Of a stretch of 64,000 nt of DNA, positions 30,047 to 40,080 are shown piece after piece (position 1 is the stretch's first letter; each line of letters starts with the position of its first letter). The DNA lies in the NCBI GenBank assembly GCA_045125935.1, contig JBGVNW010000056.1, positions 64,715 through 128,714 on the forward strand. The letters are read 5' to 3'. The notes under the pieces were generated by a model that had not been told where the DNA came from, searched no databases, and was given only the letters and a program-made list of their open reading frames with translations. Position numbers and translations under genes: made by a program. Source of the stretch: Bacilli bacterium. GTDB lineage: Bacteria > Bacillota_I > Bacilli_A > RF39 > UBA660.

Positions 30047-30979
30047 CTACCTTTCCATTCTATTTTTATTTTTTTGTCGATTACTAAAATCAATTACAGC
30101 ATTAATAATATAATTTTCTATTTCCATCTCATTTTTTAAATTATTTGGTAGTACATTTTGTAATTTTCTTCTACTTACTTTTATTTTAGGAATTTGATTA
30201 GGTTTTTCTTCAGAAAATATTTTTTCAATTATATCTTCTGTTAAATTATTTTGTTGGCTTAGTTCTTTTAATTTAATAGACTGCGAAAGCGATGGGGTTA
30301 TGTCGTTATACTCAATTAGTGAAAATAAATATTCTTGCTCTTTTTCTTTTAAATACGATAATTCTACAGCAGGTCGAAATGCTATAATTTCATTATCTAC
30401 TAATTCTAATATTTTGGGTATTAAATTTGTTAATCGGATGTATCGATAAACTTGTACTCTGCTATCATTCTTATCTTTTCCTATTTTCTTGGCACTATCT
30501 AACTTTGTTTCCAGTGGGTACAAAGTTAAATCACTTCTTCTCCCTTGTCTATTCAATGCTTCCATTTTCATTTTGTATGCAAAGGCTTTCTCGCTTGGTA
30601 ATATCTTCTCACGTTGGAGATTACTATCAACCATAATAACAGTTGCAGCATCATCAGTTAATTCTTTAATAATACATGGTATCTTTTCTAATTTTGCAAG
30701 TTTGCTTGCTTTCATTCTTCGATGTCCAGATATCATTTCATATGTACCATCGTTATTACTACGTATTATAGTTGGAACTAAGACCCCATGTTCTTTTATG
30801 CTTTGTGCTAACTTCATAAGGTCATCATCTTCTTTTACTTTAAACGGATGGTTCTTAAAATTACTAATTTGAGAAATTGGTATTTCTACAATTTTTTCTC
30901 TTACTTCATCATTATTGTTATCTATAAAAAAATCATCTAATAACGAAGTTGTTTGATTATCTATGTTATCTACCTCCAA
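30047..30979 (-). CDS. ParB/Spo0J-like nuclease-domain protein
   Basis: 310 aa. NHPFKV and GVLVPTIIRSNNDGTYEMISGHRRMKASKLA are ParB N-domain boxes. Confidence 0.8.
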   Translation of the reverse strand: MEVDNIDNQTTSLLDDFFIDNNNDEVREKIVEIPISQISNFKNHPFKVKEDDDLMKLAQSIKEHGVLVPTIIRSNNDGTYEMISGHRRMKASKLAKLEKIPCIIKELTDDAATVIMVDSNLQREKILPSEKAFAYKMKMEALNRQGRRSDLTLYPLETKLDSAKKIGKDKNDSRVQVYRYIRLTNLIPKILELVDNEIIAFRPAVELSYLKEKEQEYLFSLIEYNDITPSLSQSIKLKELSQQNNLTEDIIEKIFSEEKPNQIPKIKVSRRKLQNVLPNNLKNEMEIENYIINAVIDFSNRQKNKNRMER

Positions 30980-31051
30980 AAAAGCTTATCATTTTATTTG
31001 ATAAGCATATTTCACTTAATTTGTTATGCATACACTTTATCTATTCACAGG

Positions 31052-31823
31052 CGCCGATAAGGTCACTGCTGCTGTATTGTCTGGAGACGCTGATATCGGC
31101 TTTTCTGGAAGTGAGGCCACTATTTATGTTTACAATGGTGGAGAAGAAGACTATTTAAAGACATTTGCACAATTAACACAAAAAGATGGATCATTTTTAG
31201 TATCTAGAGAGAAAATTGATAATTTTACTTTAGATGATTTAAAGGGAAAAACAATTATTGCAGGACGTGCTTATGGTATGCCTGAAATGACTCTTAAATA
31301 TGCCTTAAAACAAAATGGTATTAATCCTGATGAAGAATTGGTATTAGATACATCTGTTGCATTTGCAGCTATGAGTGGTGCTTTTATTGGAGGACAAGGT
31401 GATTTTGTCTCATTATTTGAACCAAATGCATTAGAGCTTGAAAAAAACGGCTATGGATATGTAGTTGCATCAATTGGTGAATTAGGTGGAGTTGTTCCAT
31501 ATACATCATACTCTGCTAGAATTAGTTATATTGAAGAAAATGAGGAGTTAATTTCTAATTTTACTAAAGCAATTCAAAAAGGAATTGACTATGTACATAA
31601 TCATTCTGACAGAGAAGTTGCGGAAGTTATATTAAATCAATTTCCTGATACATCATTAAATGATTTAGAAAAAGTAATTGCTCGATATAGAGAAATTGAA
31701 GCATGGCCTACTACTACAACATTTAATGAGGAGTCATTTGATCATCTTCAAGATATAATGCTTGATTATGGAGCAATTGATGAAAAGGTTCCTTATAGTA
31801 AGTTGATTTATAATGAAAAATAA
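31052..31823 (+). pseudogene. ABC substrate-binding protein, 3' fragment
   Basis: It continues ...ANG|ADKVTAAVLSGDADIGFSGSEA in the same frame. 221 nt (5800-6020) plus 772 nt gives 993 nt, or 331 codons. Confidence 0.85.
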
Positions 31824-32228
31824 ATTGCTTAGTATTAATAATTTGGGGAAATTTTATTATAGTAAAAAAGATGAAGTTGAAGCAATTCGTGATGTAAGTT
31901 TTGATATATTTGAAAATGAATTTATCTCAATTGTTGGGCCAAGTGGTTGTGGAAAATCAACTATTCTATCAATTCTTGGTAACTTAGAAGATAAAACTAA
32001 TGGAGATGTTACTTTCTATAAGGATTTAACAATTGGTTATATGTTACAAGATGATTGTTTGTTTTTTTGGAGAACAATTCTTGATAATTGTCTTATTGGA
32101 TTAGAAATTAATAATAATTTGACTATCGAAAATATTGAATATGTTATTTCTTTACTAAAAACATATGGTCTTTATGATTTTAAGGATAAATATCCCTCTA
32201 GTTTATCTGGAGGTATGAGACAAAGAGT
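31813..32228 (+). pseudogene. ABC importer ATPase, fragment 1 of 3 (Walker A to LSGGMRQRV)
   Basis: GPSGCGKST (Walker A) and LSGGMRQRV (signature), then a break. The track ORF reads on into element DNA. Confidence 0.9.
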
Positions 32229-32308
32229 TCTACGAATACTGTATACACACGGGATAATTACTTACAAGTGGCTTATAACCCTTATAAATAATGGAAAAGA
32301 GGTATATT

Positions 32309-32707
32309 ATGTTATTAGATAAAAATTCAAAAAAAGTTATAGACTTAATTCAAAAGTATGATAATTTAAGTGATATTGATAAAATTAGATTAGCAATCCA
32401 TTTACTAGAAAATAAAAATTTCAATGTAAATTTTAATGTAAGAGATATGATTATTTTGTTAAAACAAGTTTTAAATGTATTAGATCCAAATTATACTAAA
32501 GTAATAACTAATTTTAGCAAATATAAACATTTATTATTTTTTTCAGCCAAGTATTTAGAACTTAATGAAAAAGAAAAAAAGCATTTCTCTGTTGAAATGA
32601 TATTTAATATCTATGAAAATGATTTTAAAGATAAAGTTATTAATGATGAAATAAATAGTCATTTATTAGTTTATGATTATTGTTATTCTCTAATTAATAA
32701 TGAGTAA
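32309..32707 (+). CDS. hypothetical protein
   Basis: RBS AAGAGG precedes the ATG at 32309. 132 aa, helical, with no recognisable motifs. Confidence 0.4.
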   Translation: MLLDKNSKKVIDLIQKYDNLSDIDKIRLAIHLLENKNFNVNFNVRDMIILLKQVLNVLDPNYTKVITNFSKYKHLLFFSAKYLELNEKEKKHFSVEMIFNIYENDFKDKVINDEINSHLLVYDYCYSLINNE

Positions 32708-32710
32708 AAT

Positions 32711-32742
32711 AAATCCCTAATAGGCATTATTAGGGATTTTTT
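32711..32742. terminator. bidirectional intrinsic terminator between convergent genes
   Basis: 12-bp perfect stem aaatccctaata/tattagggattt with a 5-nt loop, flanked by an A-run and a T-run. Confidence 0.7.
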
Positions 32743-32762
32743 GAATTAAACCTATATACTCA

Positions 32763-33716
32763 TTAATCAAGTACACACTCAATAATATATCTAGGTCTCG
32801 CTTTAGTTTCCTTATATATTTTACCAATATATTCTCCAATCACACCAAGACATAGAGTTTGAATACCACCTATTAACCAAATTGAACAAACAATAAACGT
32901 CCAACCAGATACCGTATTACCAATTAATTTCATAATAACAGAATAAATCAAAACTACAAAACTAAGTATTAAAATAATAAAACCGATTGAAGTAATCATT
33001 CTTAAAGGTTTTATACTAAATGAAGTTATTCCATCAATAGCAAACGCTAACATTTTCTTTAACGGATATTTAGATTCACCTGCTACTCTTTCGCTTCGCT
33101 CGTAGTAAGCTATATCAGTTTTATATCCAACTTGAGGAACTATACCTCTTAAGAATAAATTAACTTCTTTAAACTCACTTAAACCTTCTAAAGCTCTTTT
33201 ACTCATTAAACGACAGTCTGCATGATTAAATACAACTTCAACGCCCATAATGTTCATTAATTTATAAAAAGCTTCTGCAGTAAACTTTTTAAAAAACGTA
33301 TCTTTTTTTCTTGAACTTCTAACACCATAAACAACATCAGCACCGGCATTATATTTTTTTATCATATCATCCATTACATTAATATCATCTTGTAAATCAG
33401 CATCCATACTAATACAGATATCTGCATGATTTTTTGCATACATTAAACCTGCAAGCAAGGCATTTTGATGTCCTCTGTTTCTAGTTAAATTAATTCCTAC
33501 GTACATATGATTTTCTTTATGTATCTTAGTTATAATTTCCCACGTTTTATCCTTAGAACCGTCATTAACTAAAACCACTTTACTATTTTCACTAATTAAA
33601 CCTTCTTCCATTAAACTACTCATTTTTTTATCAAGTTCTTTTTTTGTTAGTGGTAGTGCTTCTTCTTCGTTATAACAAGGTATAACTAAATTTAATACTA
33701 AATTATTTTTCTTCAT
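32763..33716 (-). CDS. GT2 polyprenol-phosphate glycosyltransferase (GtrB/CsbB-like)
   Basis: 317 aa. IPCYNEEEAL, VLVNDGSKDKT and SMDADLQDD (DxD), plus two C-terminal TM helices. This is the classic GtrB architecture. Confidence 0.8.
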   Translation of the reverse strand: MKKNNLVLNLVIPCYNEEEALPLTKKELDKKMSSLMEEGLISENSKVVLVNDGSKDKTWEIITKIHKENHMYVGINLTRNRGHQNALLAGLMYAKNHADICISMDADLQDDINVMDDMIKKYNAGADVVYGVRSSRKKDTFFKKFTAEAFYKLMNIMGVEVVFNHADCRLMSKRALEGLSEFKEVNLFLRGIVPQVGYKTDIAYYERSERVAGESKYPLKKMLAFAIDGITSFSIKPLRMITSIGFIILILSFVVLIYSVIMKLIGNTVSGWTFIVCSIWLIGGIQTLCLGVIGEYIGKIYKETKARPRYIIECVLD

Positions 33717-35772
33717 TTACTTCTTCCTTCTTTCTAAATAACACTATAACTTCCATGCCTAATGTTAATATCATTATTGTCATATATTCTAGATAAGTAT
33801 AAATTCCTCTTTCTTCATTATTTACTACTTCAAACATCAAATCACCAGTTTCTTCATTTCCATTCACTTCTAAAATACCATTCGGATAATAATCAAATTT
33901 TCCTTTATATGCGATATAAACTTCTAAATCACTTGTACTATCCGAACTTAATCTTAATGTATAACTACCACCTTCATAAGTTTTATCTAAATAAAAATCT
34001 GTATATTTTTTATCTTTCAAATCATTTTTTTTAAATTCTTTTTCATACACAACTTCATTTTTAGTTATTAACTCCAACTTATAAGTTGCATCATCTATTT
34101 CATTAACTTTAAATTTTAATCTTATTTTATTAAAACTATCATATAAATCTAATGTTTGGGTGATAACCGTTTCTTTATTTAAAGAAATATACTTAACCTT
34201 GTTTACACTGTCTTTTGCTACTATATTTTCTTTATAACTAATACCTGTATATTTATTAAAACTAAAAGCAAATAATGCTAAAGTTAAGACTAGTATAATA
34301 CATTTAAAGTATTTATAAAATTTGAATTTCTCATAATTGGTATTTAAAGTATCATAAGAACATGTACCTATTAGTATTAACCACGGTAAGAATGATAAAC
34401 CATATCGTGGACATACTTCCCAAACAAGATAGAAAAATACTGCTCCAAACAAGCTAATTGCTATAATTGATTTCTTACCACTTTTATAAATATTAATAAG
34501 AGATATTATTGCCATAAACATAACTACTATTTTAGAGAACTGTAATAAATAATTTATAACAATATTTTTATCTTCTAATAAATAAGAATAAGACGGATTA
34601 AAGTCATTAACTAATTCTAAATATTTTTGATAACTATAATCTCCTTTACCCCAAACAGAAACTAATTTAACTACTAATAATTTCACTGTTCCAAATGGAC
34701 CTAAATCACTCAATCTATTTTTTATTTCTTTAATATTTAAATCTGTTCTTTCTGAAACGTTTGAGGCACTACTACTTAGGTTATAATCATCTTGGGAATA
34801 ATATCCATAACTTTTTTCGTTAACTCCCATCATAATCCAATGTGTCATTGGAAATTCTTTATCAACATTAACATTTGTGAAAAATTTATTCTCAATAGTA
34901 TCAATACAAGTTATTGTTAATATTGCCCCAATTATTATTGGTGCAAACTTCTTTAACACTATTAATATCTTTTTAGTAAATATTAAATATACAAAATATG
35001 CTACTAGTATAAATATTGCAACAGCCCTTATCTTATAACCAATTATTGCGATGATACCGATCAATAAGCCATATAGAACGTTAGATTTTAAATTTTTTTC
35101 GTCTTTTGTTTTAACTATTAAATAAATTAAAATACTGGCAAATGGTAACATTAATACATCTGTATAGTAATATGATACATATAAATAAAAGATTGGAGAT
35201 AATACACATATAAATAAACTTAATAAGCCTTTATTGAGATCCCAAACTTTATTAACAGTTTTATAAGTAAATAATGACATAACAGAAATACATATTGTAC
35301 TTAGTAAAGAAAATAAAATTTGATTGCTAATAGGAATAATCTTTTGTAACCCATATAAAATAATTAATAAAAATCTATTATTAGGATAAACAGAATAGTA
35401 AACATTATTTAATATCGAATCTGTATCATTTAAACTATTTATTTCGGTTAAAATATGTATTAAATCAACTTGAGGAATACTACTAATTACAAAAGCACTT
35501 ATAAGTAATAAGATAAATTGCAATCCTAATAAAATACCTACTATTATTTTCTTTTTCTTATTATCAAGTTTGGTAATAACCTTATATAATTTATTTAATA
35601 AAAGTAAATATATAATTGAACCAACAATTAAAACTAACGGATTTAAATAATAATAACTACGATTAGTATAGAAAAATATCGCTCCTATTAAAGAAATAGA
35701 AAAACATATTATGGTAAAAATTAACAAGAAATTATTAACAAAATTAAACATTTTATTTACTAGATTTTTCAT
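33703..35772 (-). CDS. large polytopic membrane protein with C-terminal extracytoplasmic domain (GT-C/GtrC-like glycosyl acceptor transferase candidate)
   Basis: 689 aa. More than 12 TM helices over about 470 aa, then a soluble domain of about 180 aa and a final TM. It overlaps both neighbours, suggesting translational coupling. Confidence 0.55.
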   Translation of the reverse strand: MKNLVNKMFNFVNNFLLIFTIICFSISLIGAIFFYTNRSYYYLNPLVLIVGSIIYLLLLNKLYKVITKLDNKKKKIIVGILLGLQFILLLISAFVISSIPQVDLIHILTEINSLNDTDSILNNVYYSVYPNNRFLLIILYGLQKIIPISNQILFSLLSTICISVMSLFTYKTVNKVWDLNKGLLSLFICVLSPIFYLYVSYYYTDVLMLPFASILIYLIVKTKDEKNLKSNVLYGLLIGIIAIIGYKIRAVAIFILVAYFVYLIFTKKILIVLKKFAPIIIGAILTITCIDTIENKFFTNVNVDKEFPMTHWIMMGVNEKSYGYYSQDDYNLSSSASNVSERTDLNIKEIKNRLSDLGPFGTVKLLVVKLVSVWGKGDYSYQKYLELVNDFNPSYSYLLEDKNIVINYLLQFSKIVVMFMAIISLINIYKSGKKSIIAISLFGAVFFYLVWEVCPRYGLSFLPWLILIGTCSYDTLNTNYEKFKFYKYFKCIILVLTLALFAFSFNKYTGISYKENIVAKDSVNKVKYISLNKETVITQTLDLYDSFNKIRLKFKVNEIDDATYKLELITKNEVVYEKEFKKNDLKDKKYTDFYLDKTYEGGSYTLRLSSDSTSDLEVYIAYKGKFDYYPNGILEVNGNEETGDLMFEVVNNEERGIYTYLEYMTIMILTLGMEVIVLFRKKEEVNEEK

Positions 35773-36226
35773 AACTATCCTTCTTAAAAACTATTAATTT
35801 GCTTAATAAATAGTTTACTACAATTACTAATATCTGACTTACCAGTTTAAATATTTTATCATTACCTTTTAATATAGTTACAAACACAAACATTATTACC
35901 ATATCAAGTAAAAGCGTTGATACTCTTGCGCCGGTAAAAGTAATAAATTCTTTAAATTTATTTTTATTTTTACTATTAAATACAAATTCTCTATTTGTAA
36001 AATACGCAAATAAAACTCCAGCTATCCACGAAAAAAGATTTGCTATCTGTAACTCCACACTAACATTAGGATTTAATATAGTCAAACTCAACATATAATA
36101 AACAATTAAACTAATTAATGTAGTTAAAATTCCGAAGATTAAATAATTAATAATTTCCTTATATTTTTGATACAATTCTTTCACATACATCACCACAAAT
36201 AAATCTACATAATAATATTTTATCAT
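35753..36226 (-). CDS. GtrA-family flippase-like membrane protein
   Basis: About 145-157 aa with 4 TM helices. FTGARVSTLLLDM and NYLLSKLIVFK resemble GtrA-family features. The start may be ATG 36190. Confidence 0.65.
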   Translation of the reverse strand: MIKYYYVDLFVVMYVKELYQKYKEIINYLIFGILTTLISLIVYYMLSLTILNPNVSVELQIANLFSWIAGVLFAYFTNREFVFNSKNKNKFKEFITFTGARVSTLLLDMVIMFVFVTILKGNDKIFKLVSQILVIVVNYLLSKLIVFKKDSYEKSSK

Positions 36227-36247
36227 AAATTTCTATAATTAACTATT

Positions 36248-36934
36248 TTAACCTTCAAAAATAGAATCATATTTTTTATAATAATCATCATAGATCCAAT
36301 CCACTTGATGAAAATAAAAAGGTAACTGTTTTTTATCAATTTCACTATGTGGCAAAAATATATTATATAAATTGCTTTTGCGATTACTTATTACCTTAAT
36401 ATAAAATTTTTCTATTTCTTTAATATCTTTAGAATTGCTTAAACTTTTTGATTCTAAAAATAAATTTGCTTTTTGTAATGAATGATAAATATTATTTGTG
36501 TCTTGTTTAGCATAATAGCGAGTATTATAAACTAAATTTGCTAAAAACATTTTCTTAAAACCATTCAAAAATATTTCTGGACATTCATGAAAATCGGCAA
36601 CAACAAATAGTTCTTTATTATAGTTATTTTTTAAAGTTTGTTCTAATATAATTAGAAGTTCATTATGATTTATTGTATACGTATCCCTAACATAACCTAT
36701 ATACTTATCTAATATAGATATAAGATTTTCTTCTAAAGTAATTTCATTTTTTTCATAAAGTAATTTAGAATTTAATTTTATAGTACCTTTTTTTATTTTT
36801 TTAATAAGTCTATGTAATACTTCTAAACTTAATAATTTATATACTTCACCACTGCAACTATAGATCCACAATAGCAAATGTTTCTTCATTCGCTTTATTT
36901 GTATTGTATCTTTATTCAAGTAATCTCTTTGCAT
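36248..36934 (-). CDS. hypothetical protein (228 aa), first gene of the gtr-like operon
   Basis: The long ORF is co-directional with and close to the gtrA-like gene. No motifs recognised. Confidence 0.4.
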   Translation of the reverse strand: MQRDYLNKDTIQIKRMKKHLLLWIYSCSGEVYKLLSLEVLHRLIKKIKKGTIKLNSKLLYEKNEITLEENLISILDKYIGYVRDTYTINHNELLIILEQTLKNNYNKELFVVADFHECPEIFLNGFKKMFLANLVYNTRYYAKQDTNNIYHSLQKANLFLESKSLSNSKDIKEIEKFYIKVISNRKSNLYNIFLPHSEIDKKQLPFYFHQVDWIYDDYYKKYDSIFEG

Positions 36935-37057
36935 TTAAATTTTTCTTTCAATAGTTTTATTTTTACTGCAATTAAATTATAACACAAATCAGCAAAAAAC
37001 AGTCTTTAAATAAGCAAATTCTTAATATTTTTATTTTAAATGGGAAAATTATTATAG

Positions 37058-37495
37058 GTGGTAGCTATGATAGATTTTCAAAGATTAAAAGATATTAGAG
37101 AAGATAATGATATAAATCAAGAAACAATGTCACAAATACTTGGTGTACCTCGTTCTACTTATTCAATGTGGGAACTAGGTATAAGTGTTATTCCTTTAAA
37201 ACCTTTATGTGACTTTTCAGATTATTTTAATATTACTTTAGATTATGCTTTAAATAAGACTAGTAAGAATTTAATTAAAGGTTTAGATTTACAAGTTCTT
37301 GCTAATAATATGAAAGAAATTAGAAAGAAAAATAATTTATCACAAGAAAATATAGCAGATATTCTTAATGTTACTCAAAGTTGTATAGTTAAATATGAAA
37401 AAGGTAGAGTTTATATATCGACAGAAAACTTATATAAATTTGCTAAAGAATTTAAAATCTCTATAAATGAATTATGTGGAAAAACAAAAAAATAG
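37058..37495 (+). CDS. XRE-family regulator with two tandem HTH domains
   Basis: INQETMSQILGVPRSTYSMWELG and LSQENIADILNVTQSCIVKYEKG. Confidence 0.75.
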   Translation: MVAMIDFQRLKDIREDNDINQETMSQILGVPRSTYSMWELGISVIPLKPLCDFSDYFNITLDYALNKTSKNLIKGLDLQVLANNMKEIRKKNNLSQENIADILNVTQSCIVKYEKGRVYISTENLYKFAKEFKISINELCGKTKK

Positions 37496-37523
37496 TATGA
37501 AAATTTAGATCATACTATTTTTT
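37492..37523 (+). terminator. intrinsic terminator
   Basis: Stem atagtatga/tcatactat with a 9-nt loop, followed by ttttt. Confidence 0.65.
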
Positions 37524-37580
37524 ATGACGGAATGACAGATAAAAGTGGGTACCCATAAACTCCTGTCATTCTGTCATTTT

Positions 37581-38069
37581 TTATTTTTCTTTATTATTTT
37601 TTATATAAAATTCTTTTGCAAATTTTGAAGTATGTTTTATATTAGAATATATCATTAATCTATTAAATAATTGTGTAATCGCTAATAAACAAAATAATGC
37701 AATAATTATATAAATATTTTGGGTTATGTTTTCATTTATTTCTCTTAAGAAGATAACAGCTAGAAATCCAAGACCACTTAATATGATTGTTATTGCAGTT
37801 GCATCTCTAAATCCCCTTATCATTTTATCAGTTTCATTTTTTTCAGATTTTAAACCATCTACATCCCAATGCATAATTGATACTACATCAACAATTAAGA
37901 ATAATATTATAGCTATCCAATATAATCCATACATTAAATTAGTTCTTAATATTAATGTTAAAGTAAATATTATTGCCGTTAATATATCTACAATAATAGT
38001 TATAGTATTTATTACTTTATCATCAACATGAATAATTTTATAAGTAATTTTATCTATTATCTTCTTCAT
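37581..38069 (-). CDS. membrane protein (4 TM) co-transcribed with the repressor
   Basis: MKKIIDKITYKIIH starts at 38069 and overlaps the 3' end of the XRE gene by about 20 nt. Confidence 0.45.
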   Translation of the reverse strand: MKKIIDKITYKIIHVDDKVINTITIIVDILTAIIFTLTLILRTNLMYGLYWIAIILFLIVDVVSIMHWDVDGLKSEKNETDKMIRGFRDATAITIILSGLGFLAVIFLREINENITQNIYIIIALFCLLAITQLFNRLMIYSNIKHTSKFAKEFYIKNNKEK

Positions 38070-38571
38070 TTTTATCTTTCTCCCTTTCTCTAAAGTCATC
38101 TACATTAGTATTTAATAGTAATCTTTCAATTTCTTTAGCAGTTTTAATTTGATATTCTGTATCTTCTACTGTTTGTTCCATTATTTCTCTTTCTTGTGGT
38201 GATAAATTTTCATCTTTTAATTTTTCTTCAAAAGATTTAATTAGTTTTTCCCAAGTTCTTATGCTTCCTGAAGTATTAGCAAGTGCTTCTTGTATTTCTT
38301 CTCCTTTAAGACTTTTATAATAACTTTTCAAAAAAGGATTTAAATCTGTGACTTGAAAACCTAAACCTGCAGCATACATTAAATCATTATAATTTATTCC
38401 GATATGTTGACTAATTTTTCTTAATATTTTAGGATTAGGAACCTCTCTTTCTCCTGATTCAATTCTTGATATATCTGAATGACTTACTTTTGCAAGTTCG
38501 GCTAATTGTCTCATAGAAAGATTCTTTTCTTCACGACCTTTTTTTATTAGTTCTCCAACCTTTGTTGTCAT
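38050..38571 (-). CDS. XRE-family repressor with extended C-terminal helical domain
   Basis: RBS AAAGGAG precedes MTTKVGELIKKGREEKNLSMRQLAELAKVSHSDISRIESGE. Confidence 0.75.
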   Translation of the reverse strand: MTTKVGELIKKGREEKNLSMRQLAELAKVSHSDISRIESGEREVPNPKILRKISQHIGINYNDLMYAAGLGFQVTDLNPFLKSYYKSLKGEEIQEALANTSGSIRTWEKLIKSFEEKLKDENLSPQEREIMEQTVEDTEYQIKTAKEIERLLLNTNVDDFREREKDKNEEDNR

Positions 38572-38594
38572 ACGAATTACTCCTTTCACAAACG

Positions 38595-38623
38595 ATTATA
38601 ACACTTATGGAGCAAAATTGCAA
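38595..38623 (-). promoter_or_regulatory. near-consensus sigma-A promoter for the repressor gene
   Basis: On the minus strand: TTGCAA (38623-38618), a 17-nt spacer, then TATAAT (38600-38595). Confidence 0.6.
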
Positions 38624-38652
38624 CATTTTTAAAGAAATTGGTGCTAAAATGC

Positions 38653-38680
38653 TTGACATACATTTTTGATATGCTATAAT
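38653..38680 (+). promoter_or_regulatory. near-consensus sigma-A promoter for the rightward (replication/mobilization/recombinase) operon
   Basis: TTGACA (38653-38658), a 16-nt spacer ending in TGc, then TATAAT (38675-38680). It is followed by the inverted repeat GTTGCAC-N15-GTGCAAC (38689-38717). Confidence 0.6.
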
Positions 38681-38894
38681 GGTGTTAAGTTGCACCAGAG
38701 ATAAAAACAAGTGCAACGAAAAATTGTTCTTTGAAAATTTAGTCTTTGTGGAAATCGCCGATATGCTATAAAGTAAAAAAATGCAAGGCTAGATATCTCT
38801 ATTGGCATGAGAGTTGTTGGTATTACTAAAACCATCCATAGATAGATTGCTTAACAAGTATCTATAAACATCAATTAAGAAAGCGAGGTAATAA

Positions 38895-39125
38895 ATGAAT
38901 CCAAACGAAATATTAAAAGTAATTTCAAAACAATGGTGTTCTCTTGAAGATTTAAAAAAATTAACAGGTTTAGGAAAAAATAATTTATTAAAATTAAAAC
39001 GAGATATTAAAAACAATTTAAATAATAACTCTATTCCTAATAAATTACTTCCTATGAATGAAGTTGTTAAATATCTAAATATTGATATAGATTATTTAAA
39101 AAAACTTGATAGAAAGGAGGAATAA
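38895..39125 (+). CDS. small HTH-like protein (regulator or excision-directionality candidate)
   Basis: 76 aa. CSLEDLKKLTGLGKNNLLKLKRDIKN is HTH-like. It is the first ORF of the rightward operon, and its stop abuts the RBS of the next gene. Confidence 0.4.
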   Translation: MNPNEILKVISKQWCSLEDLKKLTGLGKNNLLKLKRDIKNNLNNNSIPNKLLPMNEVVKYLNIDIDYLKKLDRKEE

Positions 39126-39126
39126 A

Positions 39127-40080
39127 ATGCTAACGATAAGTGAAGTTAAAAAAAATTACACAAAAAAAGATTTCATAGTTGATAGCTTTATGAAATCTAG
39201 TGGGATATACTGTTTAGTTGCAAGACCTAAAGTCGGCAAGTCATTATTCGGACTACAACTTGCTGACTCAATCGCAAACGGAACAACATTTCTAGGATTT
39301 AAAACAAATCCATCTCCTGTCTTATATATTAGCACAGAAATGAGTTCAATGCAAATATGTGAGCGAATTGAAAAGATGAATTTACACTTTACTGATGATA
39401 ATTTTTTCATAGAAGATCAAGCATCAAAAGATAGAAAACTTAATCATATGGACTTACAATTAGTTTTTCAAGACTTTGCTCTTAATCATAATGGTAAGTT
39501 TATTATAGTTGATATGTTTACTGGTGTTGATGTTAATAATGGTTATGATTTAAATAATTATCAAGATATAAATCAATATGTATTTCCAAAATATAGAGAG
39601 TTATGTCAAAAATATGGATTTACAATATTATTAATTCATCATTTAAATAAGAATAATACTTCATTAGGAAGTACTGCTATAGATGGTGCTGTTGATGGAA
39701 TAATCACTCTAAAAAAAGATAATAATTATCCAAACAAATTATTTTTAAAATACGACAGCAGAGATTATCCAGAGATGGAATTAGTTTTAAAAAGAAATGA
39801 CAATTTAATATATGAAATATCAGAACTAGAAAAAACAGATTTACCACAAGAAATAAAATTATTTTTAAATTATGCAATTAGAAAAAAAGAATTTGAATTT
39901 ACAGCTAGTGAGATTGTGAGTACTCTAAACTTAATGATTGAACCATCAGCATTTGGAAGATTATTAAGTAATCATTTAGATGTTCTTGAAAAAGAAGGAC
40001 TTTATATTACTGATGCGAGAAAATCTGATAAAAGAAGAAAACATGCATTGTATGAAGAACCAATATTTGAAAATGAATAA
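39127..40080 (+). CDS. RecA-fold AAA ATPase (RepA/DnaB-C-terminal-like)
   Basis: RBS AGGAGGAA precedes the ATG at 39127. Walker A ARPKVGKS and Walker B-like FIIVDMF, followed by LLIHHLNK. Confidence 0.6.
   Translation: MLTISEVKKNYTKKDFIVDSFMKSSGIYCLVARPKVGKSLFGLQLADSIANGTTFLGFKTNPSPVLYISTEMSSMQICERIEKMNLHFTDDNFFIEDQASKDRKLNHMDLQLVFQDFALNHNGKFIIVDMFTGVDVNNGYDLNNYQDINQYVFPKYRELCQKYGFTILLIHHLNKNNTSLGSTAIDGAVDGIITLKKDNNYPNKLFLKYDSRDYPEMELVLKRNDNLIYEISELEKTDLPQEIKLFLNYAIRKKEFEFTASEIVSTLNLMIEPSAFGRLLSNHLDVLEKEGLYITDARKSDKRRKHALYEEPIFENE

Larger units (their letters stand above)
6021..31049. mobile_element. integrative conjugative element, Tn1549/CTn-like backbone with LSR integrase (~25.0 kb)
   Basis: It interrupts the binding-protein gene. 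A GG dinucleotide is present at both junctions (6019-6020 and 31050-31051). The terminal imperfect inverted repeats are tgtgaaGTCataaagtgta (6021-6039) and tacactttatCTAttcaca (31031-31049). It contains an LSR, ParB, relaxase/MobC, T4CP, VirB4, a VirB6-like protein, PrgI, Maff2, a CHAP hydrolase, ArdC, SSB, a Toprim protein, and sortase plus adhesin. All ICE genes called here lie on the minus strand. Confidence 0.9.

Noticed and set aside
38531-39016. Track ORFs 38531-38716 (minus) and 38789-39016 (minus) in the IME switch region
   Set aside because: They overlap the two near-consensus divergent promoters and the start of the rightward operon. They have no RBS and implausible composition.
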